A stretch of 64,000 nt of DNA. Source: an uncultured bacterium (lineage in GTDB: Bacteria; Oederibacteriota; Oederibacteriia; Oederibacteriales; Oederibacteriaceae). This document shows, one piece after another, positions 8,657 through 17,153 of the stretch. The notes beneath the pieces were generated by a model. It was not told where the DNA came from and made no database searches. It worked only from the letters and a program-made list of their open reading frames with translations. The DNA is taken from assembly GCA_965112635.1 (NCBI GenBank), contig OZ218778.1:736001-800000 (forward strand), read 5' to 3'. A program made the position numbers and the translations under genes. Numbering within the stretch: position 1 is the stretch's first letter; each line of letters opens with the position of its first letter.

Positions 8657-8702
8657 AGGCGGGGATCACTGAACCTTCAATTTCTGCATGTCGCAGGTCA
8701 AG
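8657..8702. repeat. 46-bp direct repeat, copy 2
   Basis: aggcggggatcactgaaccttcaatttctgcatgtcgcaggtcaag. Confidence 0.85.
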
Positions 8703-8750
8703 GTTTGCCCCGAATAATATTCGTTTTTTACAACCATTTTGAATTAAGAC

Positions 8751-8779
8751 TTGAAAATAGCACAATCTTAGTCCATACT
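8751..8779 (+). promoter_or_regulatory. Sigma70-like promoter for candidate sRNA
   Basis: TTGAAA(8751)-N17-CATACT(8774); predicted +1 at A8786, the first base of the hairpin. Confidence 0.6.
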
Positions 8780-8785
8780 ACATAC

Positions 8786-8861
8786 AGGCTTGAGTAGTAA
8801 TCTGAGATGTCAACCCCAGAGTTGACCATCGATACCAGGATTACCAACTTGAGCCTTTTTT
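8786..8861 (+). ncRNA. Candidate DUF3800-associated small RNA (long bulged hairpin ending in U-tract)
   Basis: AGGCUUGAGU/ACUUGAGCCU, GUAAUC/GAUUAC, GAUGUCAAC/GUUGAC-C-AUC stems; G-U pairs only work on the + strand; followed by UUUUUU. Confidence 0.65.
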
Positions 8862-8880
8862 ATTGATGACCCCTTTGGTT

Positions 8881-9669
8881 CTATTCCCTATCCTTCCTAA
8901 CCTGCATAACATAGTGAATATTGAACTTTTTGAAAACATCGGTTTTCTCAATTCCATCCGTTGTCCAGGTGTCCGGTAAAAAATTTGTTACGCCAAGTTT
9001 TGAGATTAAATATTCTCTTATTTTATTTTTGTAAAGCGACCCCTTCTTTTTTCCTTCCATAGGTTCTATTGGAAACAGATTATTTAAAATACAGCCCTGA
9101 AGCAAATCACAAACCCCCATTAATTCATACCCTTCAGCGCCAGATACAACATCTTGAATATGGCGAATCTTAGGAAGTTTTGAATCCAGCGAGTAACCGG
9201 CCTCTATAGTGCTGAAATTACGCTTCAATACCTCCATAAAGGTTATCGGTTCACAGCGTGTCATTTTATCCAAAAAAAGGATCGCATTCGACATATGATC
9301 AAGATTTCTTTTAAGCAGTTCATCGGCCAGTGACCGATAGGCTCGTTCTCGTTTTATCTTCGCTGGTTCATCTGGACGACCGTATATCTCCAGATCAAAG
9401 CTATTGTCTGTTTTTATAGCAATGCAACTAAAATGACTGTCGCTCAGCATGAAAGCATCGATCGCTTCCTTATAAACCCTGAACGCTTTGGAATAATTAC
9501 AGCGAGTATATTTAATTTCCTTGAAACTGCCATCAGGTAGAACATATGCATTGCGGGCCAATACTCCCTTTATTTGTTTGTGAAATTTATGATGCGTGGG
9601 ATTAAACAAAGCCCCAAGAAGGAGCCACGTATGATTATGATCGTATGTTTCGTCTAAATATATAATCAT
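8881..9669 (-). CDS. DUF3800-family protein (predicted RNase H-like fold)
   Basis: N-terminal IIYLDETY, EIKY motif, C-terminal S...LMGVCDLLQG pattern typical of DUF3800. Confidence 0.75.
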   Translation of the reverse strand: MIIYLDETYDHNHTWLLLGALFNPTHHKFHKQIKGVLARNAYVLPDGSFKEIKYTRCNYSKAFRVYKEAIDAFMLSDSHFSCIAIKTDNSFDLEIYGRPDEPAKIKRERAYRSLADELLKRNLDHMSNAILFLDKMTRCEPITFMEVLKRNFSTIEAGYSLDSKLPKIRHIQDVVSGAEGYELMGVCDLLQGCILNNLFPIEPMEGKKKGSLYKNKIREYLISKLGVTNFLPDTWTTDGIEKTDVFKKFNIHYVMQVRKDRE

Positions 9670-9705
9670 TATTTATTTTTTCTCCTCTATTTATTTCTTT
9701 TTTCA

Positions 9706-9755
9706 CCTTCATCCTGAGCCGGTTCATCCTTCTCCCCAAACGCGGGAGAGGGTGG
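9706..9755. repeat. REP-like palindromic element (CTTCTCCC...GGGAGAGGG type)
   Basis: ccttcatcctgagccggttcatccttctccccaaacgcgggagagggtgga. Confidence 0.4.
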
Positions 9756-9797
9756 ATTGGATTTTTTATTGAATAGTAATAACCATAACTTATTAGT

Positions 9798-11774
9798 TTA
9801 TATTATTGCAAAACCAACATCTTTTAAATATTCAAAAGTCGGATCATAATAGTCTCGCTTACGCGTTTTATCCTCTGTGTCTCCCTGCGGTACTACCATC
9901 ACCATACCTTGCCGAGCACGGGTTAACAAAACACGATATGCATTTTTCAAATAGTTTTGCCTTTCTTTCTTTTTAATATGATTCCAGCTCTCACCGCAAA
10001 AGGACCAATGCTCCCAACCTTTTTTTGAATATCTAAAATCAGCATCCCAGGCTACACATGACCAATCAAGCTCAAGCCCCTGGACTGCGAATTCAGTCGC
10101 AACATCTTCTAAATAATATGACGAGCGCACATCCTCCTTGCCATCAAGAAACCAATGAATCGGATCCATAGGAGTTTTCACATCTAGAGCATGAGGTTTT
10201 AACCGCTCAGCTTGAGAAGAAACCACAATGCCATATCGTTCTGAACCGCGGGCTTGGCTTCTTAACCATTTCTTTGCTTTAGTAAGATCCCGAGTAAGGA
10301 CTATCGGATATTTTTCTTTTACATTGGCCAATGTTTTTCGTGCTTCATCAACATTAAGGTCTAATAGTTGCTTCACAAATAGCGAAACATTCTCCGCACG
10401 GAACGAACGCATAGAGACACCTAGATGTAATTCATTTTTGTAGGTAACATTTTCTCTAAGTTCAATTTTTTTCAAAACCTCACCAGCACCATATTCGCTA
10501 TCTGTGAGCCGCGAGGAAATATAAATATCCCAATTGGGATATAAATGATTTAATGATTCTATCCATTCGCTAATCCCAGCCTCGCCGGTGTTTATTTCCT
10601 GCCCTCCCCCCACAAGGCAAACAACAACGGCCCAATCCGTATGGCGATCTAAACAAGAAATTAAAAAATCCGGTTCCGATCGATTAAAATTAGCTACATG
10701 CTTTCTGCGGGTCATAAAATTGGTGGTTTGTTCCCTATTCCAAGCTCGTTGGGCCTCATCAAACAATGCAACGTGTTCAATTGGTGGTTTTTTTGAATCA
10801 ATCAGACATTCATCACGAAAATTATGAACATTCTGGATAAACATCTTAACCCCAGACATAACTTCGCCTTTTTTTACTTTGATCCCTTGCTCTTTCTCAT
10901 GACGCACTTTATCTCTTGCAAGGGCCTCGCGTAGCACAGCAACAAGAGGCCCATTGCCAGATAAAAATACACTGTAAAGGTCATTCGATTTATCTATGTG
11001 CTGAGTAGCAATATTTAGACCAACCAAAGTTTTACCCGCACCAGGCACACCAGTGACGAAACAGATAGATTTGCGCGAATTTTGTTTAGATAAACTAATG
11101 ATTTTTGAAATAGCATCAGAGGTTTGACTCAGATTGATAGCGCTGGCATCCCTTCGAGAAATATCATGTACTGAATGGCCGTTATAAAGGGCCATAGCTG
11201 CCTCAATAATAGTCGGGGTGGGACAATAGCGTCCTTGTTCCCACTGACTTTGATTAATGGCAATACCTTCTGTAAAGAGCAATACATTCTTTATCACTTG
11301 GCCAAGCAATGCCACAGTGCTTCTAATAGGAAAAAGAAGTTTGTCATTCTGCGGTGTCATTGCCACAACAGGAACGGCATGGTGAGCATTGGTAGCTACA
11401 AGGACTGGAGCAACAAATTGCTCATGACTCGATTCGTGGAAGTTTTTAAGGTCCAGAGCATAGTCACAGACCTGATCTAAAGCACCAGAATTAAATTCCT
11501 TTTCACCAATTTTAAATTCAAGCACAAAAATCGTAGAGCCTATTAGCAGCACCACATCAATTCGCTTGCCCATACGAGGTATTGAATATTCAAAATAAAT
11601 CGATCCCTGATTACCAATAAGGGCGTTTTGCAGAATATTGATTTCTTCTAACCATGCATCACGTTGGCTTTGGACCAAATCAAAATCATTATTGCGTGCA
11701 AGTTGACCTAGAATTTCATCAGGATTTGTTTTAAGGAAAATAGCTATTGAACTAGAATAATATTCTCGTTTCAT
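9798..11774 (-). CDS. DUF2075 (Schlafen group 3-like) SF1 helicase with N-terminal PD-(D/E)xK-like nuclease domain
   Basis: RIDVVLL...VLEFK; Walker A GVPGAGKT; Walker B DEAQR; QGLELD; YRVLLTRAR. Confidence 0.85.
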   Translation of the reverse strand: MKREYYSSSIAIFLKTNPDEILGQLARNNDFDLVQSQRDAWLEEINILQNALIGNQGSIYFEYSIPRMGKRIDVVLLIGSTIFVLEFKIGEKEFNSGALDQVCDYALDLKNFHESSHEQFVAPVLVATNAHHAVPVVAMTPQNDKLLFPIRSTVALLGQVIKNVLLFTEGIAINQSQWEQGRYCPTPTIIEAAMALYNGHSVHDISRRDASAINLSQTSDAISKIISLSKQNSRKSICFVTGVPGAGKTLVGLNIATQHIDKSNDLYSVFLSGNGPLVAVLREALARDKVRHEKEQGIKVKKGEVMSGVKMFIQNVHNFRDECLIDSKKPPIEHVALFDEAQRAWNREQTTNFMTRRKHVANFNRSEPDFLISCLDRHTDWAVVVCLVGGGQEINTGEAGISEWIESLNHLYPNWDIYISSRLTDSEYGAGEVLKKIELRENVTYKNELHLGVSMRSFRAENVSLFVKQLLDLNVDEARKTLANVKEKYPIVLTRDLTKAKKWLRSQARGSERYGIVVSSQAERLKPHALDVKTPMDPIHWFLDGKEDVRSSYYLEDVATEFAVQGLELDWSCVAWDADFRYSKKGWEHWSFCGESWNHIKKKERQNYLKNAYRVLLTRARQGMVMVVPQGDTEDKTRKRDYYDPTFEYLKDVGFAII

Positions 11775-11802
11775 AGATTCCTTTTTATATCATCGTCAGG
11801 GT

Positions 11803-12759
11803 TTACCTTTTAAATCTTTCACTTGAATGCCATTCCAAAAGCTCTTTGTTTGGGCGGTAATTTTCTTGAACTGGAAGTCTAATCTTCTTGTGATCATAGG
11901 AAAAATAATACTCCCCGTTATGAAACTCTTCTCTAAGTTTATTACTAACTCTAATCTCGTAATCCGGAGTGACTGTGACATATCCCTGGTCAAAGAGAGA
12001 ATGAAAATCCGAACGTAGACAGAGTCCATTATCAAGCCTATGATCTCCCTCTCTAGCAACTGGTCGGATATGGGCTGCTTCCAGGACAGGTACTACCTTT
12101 TCTGCTGTCATGGCGCATTTTCTATCATATAAATCTAAGATCATGACTCTGAAGGTTCCTTGTCCCAATCGCATTTTTACTAATCGGGGATCGCCATAAA
12201 TTTTACCTGTAATCTCATGTATTTCTGGTTGTTTAATATCTATCGTCTCTGCTGCTATGAGTTGTTTTTTATTATTAAGAGAACCTTTTATTCTCATCCA
12301 AATCTCCCGCATCGGAGAACTCTCTGAATCATACGTCTTGCCCTGTACAATATTTAAAGAAAAATCCTTAGGAACCGGAATCCAGTCTTTTTGTTCGAGA
12401 TAAAATAGATCTCCTAAAATAATACATCCTATTGAGTAATCCTCCCTAGGATTTTCATTAACTCTGCGGTATTTAGCTAATCGGTGTCTCATATCTTCTA
12501 GAGTAGCTACTCCGTTTTTTTCCTCAAATGCATTCCAGGCGATACTGATTGGTAACAATGAGGAATGACGAAAAAAACCTCCCCCTACGATAAAATTATT
12601 AGGGGCATGAAGTTTAAAAAGAAAGGGTTCCCCAACTTGGAGAGTATGAAATTGCCTGTTTCCACCCGGTTGCCAAAAATTTACCTCGTCAATGTCTTGG
12701 CGTTGGCTAAGAAAATCAAACCAATCTTTATCAGTGATCCCAACATAAATATTCAACAT
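11803..12759 (-). CDS. HNH endonuclease with uncharacterised N-terminal domain
   Basis: RLGQGTFR...KCAMT...LEAAHIRP...NGLCLRSDFHSLFD. Confidence 0.88.
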   Translation of the reverse strand: MLNIYVGITDKDWFDFLSQRQDIDEVNFWQPGGNRQFHTLQVGEPFLFKLHAPNNFIVGGGFFRHSSLLPISIAWNAFEEKNGVATLEDMRHRLAKYRRVNENPREDYSIGCIILGDLFYLEQKDWIPVPKDFSLNIVQGKTYDSESSPMREIWMRIKGSLNNKKQLIAAETIDIKQPEIHEITGKIYGDPRLVKMRLGQGTFRVMILDLYDRKCAMTAEKVVPVLEAAHIRPVAREGDHRLDNGLCLRSDFHSLFDQGYVTVTPDYEIRVSNKLREEFHNGEYYFSYDHKKIRLPVQENYRPNKELLEWHSSERFKR

Positions 12760-12789
12760 CCACTCCCATATTTATCAACTTAAAACTAG

Positions 12790-15171
12790 CTATAAAATTG
12801 CAATGAATTCGCCCAGAATCTGGATGTCGTTTTCATTCTCGGGTTTGAGTTTTATAGGTTGATACTGCACATTTAATGGTAAAAGTGTTATTTCTTCGTG
12901 CTTCCAAGTCTCATCACTGCTGACAGTCTTTTTCGATGAATATAATTTAACTGTATATGACCCGCCTGTGTCAGGGTCTGCCGGGCCGCGATACTGGGCT
13001 AAAACTATTTTACCCTGCCGCGAACCCTCTGGGTTGGCTCTGAAAACGCAATAGTCCCCATCCTTTATCTTCGGCTCCATGGACCTGCCTACCACCTGCG
13101 CCACGAACATTCTTTCATTCAACCTCCCCAAGCCCTTTGCCTCTACCCAGCCCTCAGGCTCGACTGCTTCGCCTTTCCCAAAATATCCGGCAGCCGCCTT
13201 AAGGGAATAAACAGGAAGTAAGGTTTTGAAAGCCTCATTCCCCGCTGTTTTCCTGAATAAGGGAACAACCTTTTCCTGGACCTGCGCCTGGGATATTTCC
13301 ATCCGGGACCTGAAGAAATTCTCTGTTTCTTTGTTAGTAAAATACACATAGCAACCCCGCATAGCTCGTGAAAGCAGGGTTCGATAAATATTCCTGACAT
13401 AGGTTTCAAAACTTTCTTTTTTCATCTTCAATGTTCGGTCTTCAGTGGCCGAGATATCCGCTTTTAAACTGTCCGATGGGGCATCGTAAACCAGGTCATT
13501 GCCGATAATTACCCCTATATAATCGAACTCAAATCCCTGGGCCGTATAGATGCATCCGACCTGCTTAAACCCTTCGGGCTTATACGCCCACTCATACCAG
13601 CGCACATATCCCTCTGGGGGCCTGGTGATGTCACCATGTGTTTCCCAGGGCATAGCAAAATTGCCTATCCTGACATCGTTTACCAGTTGGCCGTTCCCAT
13701 CCAATTTCTTACTCCAAGGCCAACAATAACCGGCTACGATCCTGGCAGAATTCGGTTTTTCTTCTTCCCTCTTTTGCAACTCCTTATACATTTCCTGTGG
13801 AGTATCAAATATCCTGAATTCAAATTTGTCATCTTTCCTTAATAATCTTTTCTCGGACTGGTAACCCAGAACAGATTCCAACCAAAGCAGATAATCATTT
13901 GAACCCATGCAACGGAACTGTGTCACTAATTCAACCGTATCAATAGAACACCCCTGTTTTTCGGCGGTTTCCCTGATCAATTCAGACCCGCCTATTTCCT
14001 GGGACCGGACATTTTGCTTATCATCTATAAAAAACACGACGGTTTTGGCGCAACGAATGAGTTGGTCTATCTGGGGCATATCGGTCCTGTCCTCGGCCTT
14101 AGTGAATTGGAAGTTACTTTTATTGCCTATGCGGTGGGCTTCGTCGATCAATAACAGATCCAGCTCGTTCGACTTTATTTTGGAAGGGACAAACCGGTAT
14201 AAATTAGAAAAAAGGATTTCGCTTTCCGGTCCAACAAGGTTTTTTATGCCCTCAATGAAAGGTTTTGACTTACAGCCATAAAATACTTTGTATTTGGAAT
14301 GAGCTGCCTCAGCCAGTAAATTGATAGCGATAAGAGATTTTCCTGTCCCCGGGCCCCCATGAACAATGATGACCGATTTTGTTTTAGTTTTTTTCGACCG
14401 TCTTATTTTGGAAAGAATAAGATTTTTCGCTACCAATTGCTCATTTAAAAGGGAGAAAACAGCCTTGTTTTGTATAACTGCGCTGACATGGTCCAGTAAT
14501 TTTTGAGAGGGCTGGATTGGGCTTTGCATAAACCTGTTGAATATTTCAAAACCATTACCGGATGCCAGCAAATTCTTTATCTTATCAGCCAGTAATTGGG
14601 CATCGTCTTTTGAATAAAGGGGATGGTTTTCGATAATTTTTTTAAATTTGGGGGCGAATAAACCCTCCCCCTCCTGTTTTTTATAATTATGGCAATAAGA
14701 ACAGCTGAAAAGTATAAGGGGAGGTTGCTTTTCGAACTCGCTGACAAAATATTTTAAAAAATTATGGTAGCCCTCGACCTGTTGGGATGGATGGGCCACT
14801 ACTTTGCTGCTGCCGCCTGTATAGGTCTCGACAAAATTGCCCTCATCATTTAATGGCTCAACAGATTGCCATTGTTTCAATTCAATCAGGACAATATTTT
14901 CCTGCCTATCAAGACCTTTCCCGAACAACAGGCAATCAATGCGGTTCTGGTTATAGGGAACCTCATACTCAATGGCTATCTGATTATCTTTTAAACCAGC
15001 CAACTCGATCAGGTCACGGACCCTGGGTAGTGAATTTTGCCAGGAATTGACCTCCGCGAATCCAGGCTGCCTGCCGATCCTCTCCTTAAAAGTTCCGATC
15101 ATGATGTCTGTAAGATGGTTTTCCCTGACATCCTGGATAAACTTTTCGGTCGTATTCTGATAGATCAGCAT
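12790..15171 (-). CDS. DUF2075 nuclease-helicase fused to C-terminal S24/LexA-like peptidase domain
   Basis: RIDCLL...IELKQW; GGPGTGKS; DEAHR; QGFEFDY; YRTLLSRA; tail LPVYSLKAAAG...VVGRSMEP...TVK. Confidence 0.85.
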   Translation of the reverse strand: MLIYQNTTEKFIQDVRENHLTDIMIGTFKERIGRQPGFAEVNSWQNSLPRVRDLIELAGLKDNQIAIEYEVPYNQNRIDCLLFGKGLDRQENIVLIELKQWQSVEPLNDEGNFVETYTGGSSKVVAHPSQQVEGYHNFLKYFVSEFEKQPPLILFSCSYCHNYKKQEGEGLFAPKFKKIIENHPLYSKDDAQLLADKIKNLLASGNGFEIFNRFMQSPIQPSQKLLDHVSAVIQNKAVFSLLNEQLVAKNLILSKIRRSKKTKTKSVIIVHGGPGTGKSLIAINLLAEAAHSKYKVFYGCKSKPFIEGIKNLVGPESEILFSNLYRFVPSKIKSNELDLLLIDEAHRIGNKSNFQFTKAEDRTDMPQIDQLIRCAKTVVFFIDDKQNVRSQEIGGSELIRETAEKQGCSIDTVELVTQFRCMGSNDYLLWLESVLGYQSEKRLLRKDDKFEFRIFDTPQEMYKELQKREEEKPNSARIVAGYCWPWSKKLDGNGQLVNDVRIGNFAMPWETHGDITRPPEGYVRWYEWAYKPEGFKQVGCIYTAQGFEFDYIGVIIGNDLVYDAPSDSLKADISATEDRTLKMKKESFETYVRNIYRTLLSRAMRGCYVYFTNKETENFFRSRMEISQAQVQEKVVPLFRKTAGNEAFKTLLPVYSLKAAAGYFGKGEAVEPEGWVEAKGLGRLNERMFVAQVVGRSMEPKIKDGDYCVFRANPEGSRQGKIVLAQYRGPADPDTGGSYTVKLYSSKKTVSSDETWKHEEITLLPLNVQYQPIKLKPENENDIQILGEFIAIL

Positions 15172-15180
15172 TAAAGGCCC

Positions 15181-15543
15181 CTAAAGATCGGTATATTTTT
15201 TAGCGCTACCTTTGGCGAGTTTGACCGGATACTTGCGGGCGTTTTTCTTGATCTTGTCATGGGCACAGCGGATGGGGTCAACGCCCAGCATATCGCAAAG
15301 TTCCGTGAGATAGACCAATACATCGCCTATCTCATCTTTGACTTTTTTGAGGTCGGCTTTAGAAAGGTTTTTGCTTTGGTTCTCGGTCAGCCATTGAAAA
15401 TGCTCCATAAGTTCTGAGGTCTCTACTGCAAGCGCCATAGAAAGGTTTTTAGGTGAATGGTACTGTTCCCAATCACGGTCTTTTACAAATTTCTTTAATT
15501 TTCTGGAAATTTTTCTTAACCCACCTTGATTTCCCATTTTCAA
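15181..15543 (-). CDS. MazG-like (DCTPP1-type) nucleotide pyrophosphohydrolase
   Basis: RDWEQYHSPKNLSMALAVETSELMEHFQW...EIGDVLVYL...KNARKYP. Confidence 0.92.
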   Translation of the reverse strand: MKMGNQGGLRKISRKLKKFVKDRDWEQYHSPKNLSMALAVETSELMEHFQWLTENQSKNLSKADLKKVKDEIGDVLVYLTELCDMLGVDPIRCAHDKIKKNARKYPVKLAKGSAKKYTDL

Positions 15544-16131
15544 CTACTCCACCCTAAATATTTTAAGAAAATGTGACCTTGGTAACTCTGACTCATAGGA
15601 CAGCCCGATATTGCACTTATCAAAATAACCGTCGCCCTCAGTCCATATTTTAAATGTCTTGGGATATTTACTCAGATATTTCTTTGTTATACGAAGACCT
15701 CTGCCACCAACCTTTAGTCTAAATAGATCATGTCTATTTTTTGGATTATTAAAATAATTTCTCATATATGCATCTGTAAGATAAATGAGAAATTTATTTT
15801 CAGCTGTAAAATTTAGCAATTTTGAAATATCCCAAAATATTTGGCCCGCACCTTCGGTATAACCCGAATCTCCACCCCTGTGATATTTGAATTCAATAGC
15901 TACATTGTTATTTTTGTCATTCGAACATGCGTAAAAGTCCAGTTTATCTTTTTTGAACAATTTATTTTTGAATGGATGTTCTAGGATAATATTCTCAGGT
16001 TTGTATTTTTCTTTTTTGGTAAGCGCGTAAAAAAAAGTGTAACGAATTGAATCTTCCGAATCATTAAAATCCCTGTCTTTCTCCAACCTTTTCTTAATTA
16101 ATTCTGTAAAGTAACTAAATACTGGGAGCAT
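15544..16131 (-). CDS. Hypothetical protein, probable PD-(D/E)xK nuclease
   Basis: KLDFYA...VAIEFKY motif followed by DISKL; AT-rich. Confidence 0.55.
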   Translation of the reverse strand: MLPVFSYFTELIKKRLEKDRDFNDSEDSIRYTFFYALTKKEKYKPENIILEHPFKNKLFKKDKLDFYACSNDKNNNVAIEFKYHRGGDSGYTEGAGQIFWDISKLLNFTAENKFLIYLTDAYMRNYFNNPKNRHDLFRLKVGGRGLRITKKYLSKYPKTFKIWTEGDGYFDKCNIGLSYESELPRSHFLKIFRVE

Positions 16132-16233
16132 TACTTCCTCCTAAACAAACTCGTTTGATAGCAATAATTTGATTCTATCCCCCCCATCCCCTCTAATCAA
16201 ACCTTTCACGGCTCTTTCATTCCAACTGGTTCC

Positions 16234-16920
16234 CTACCAAATAAAAGGAATCAGTTTGTACCGCACTTTTTGGGCGTAGCTACGATAACCCGGCAGTTCA
16301 TCTCGCAGCATTTTGTCCTCCAGGACTGTCCTCAAAATTAAAAGGAGGAAAATGGCGACTCCGGCCCACAAGGCCGGGAACGAACCCAGCACCAAGGGTG
16401 CGGCCAGGTTGAAAAAGATGGCGCCCGTATAGCCCGGATGCCGGACATAGGCATACGGCCCTGTGCTCACCACCTTTTGTCCCCGGTCAGCCTGGATGCG
16501 GGCATGGCTGGAAAAAAAGGGATTGGAGGCCATAGCCCACATGGACAGGCTGTTGGAAACAACCATGACGCCAAGGCACAGCAGGACCACATAGAGAGGA
16601 AAAGGAGCGGTCCAGCCGAACCTTTTGTCCAATCCTGCCAGGACCAGATAGGCCAGGGGAAGCACGACCGCGACCAGCATGACCAGCCACCTGTCCCAGG
16701 TTTTGGCTTTTTTTCCGGCGGTCCACCGTTCCTTGACCAGTTCCGGGGACCTGGTGAAAAACCCGGTCAAAGAAACGACCAGAGCAAAATAGGCGACCGT
16801 GAACAGCCAGCCATTGAGCCAGCTCAGGGACCCGGCAGTCCCGAACAGGACCAGGCCGGCCACGAGGCAAGTCGCCACGGCCTGGAAAATAGCTTTCCCG
16901 TAATTTGTTTTTTTATTCAT
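16234..16920 (-). CDS. Isoprenylcysteine carboxylmethyltransferase (ICMT/PEMT) family membrane protein
   Basis: VVSTGPYAYVRHPGY...EDKML...GY..YAQKVRYKLIPFIW. Confidence 0.9.
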   Translation of the reverse strand: MNKKTNYGKAIFQAVATCLVAGLVLFGTAGSLSWLNGWLFTVAYFALVVSLTGFFTRSPELVKERWTAGKKAKTWDRWLVMLVAVVLPLAYLVLAGLDKRFGWTAPFPLYVVLLCLGVMVVSNSLSMWAMASNPFFSSHARIQADRGQKVVSTGPYAYVRHPGYTGAIFFNLAAPLVLGSFPALWAGVAIFLLLILRTVLEDKMLRDELPGYRSYAQKVRYKLIPFIW

Positions 16921-17020
16921 TATATGTCTCCCCTGTTAAACCATTCTAAAAACAGTTCATGTCAAAACGCTTTTTGACACAATCGCCTTGGAGCGGGAAC
17001 GCAGAACAGCTGGTTCTACA

Positions 17021-17062
17021 CAAACTCTCTTGAAGGGAATCGCATTACAACAAGAGAGTTTG
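17021..17062. other. 12-bp perfect inverted repeat with 18-nt spacer
   Basis: caaactctcttg...caagagagtttg. Confidence 0.6.
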
Positions 17063-17092
17063 ACGCATTTTTACAAAGGCGATCGAAGTTCC

Positions 17093-17151
17093 TCCCGTAA
17101 AGACCTGCGGTCCACGGGATAAAAGTCCCGTAGAAACCTCTGGTCCACGGG
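17093..17151. repeat. Two tandem 26-bp hairpin repeats (period 33 bp)
   Basis: tcccgtaaagacctgcggtccacggg and tcccgtagaaacctctggtccacggg. Confidence 0.7.
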
Positions 17152-17153
17152 TT

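Noticed and set aside
8571-8765. 64-aa ORF spanning the 46-bp repeat
   Set aside because: No RBS, and the corresponding frame at the other copy is closed by a stop just upstream
8786-8861. Hairpin as the DUF3800 terminator, or as a Y RNA/tRNA
   Set aside because: U-tract and G-U pairs favour the + strand, the wrong polarity for DUF3800; no cloverleaf, and no Ro60 gene in the window
17093-17151. Mini CRISPR array
   Set aside because: Only two units with a 7-nt gap and no cas genes
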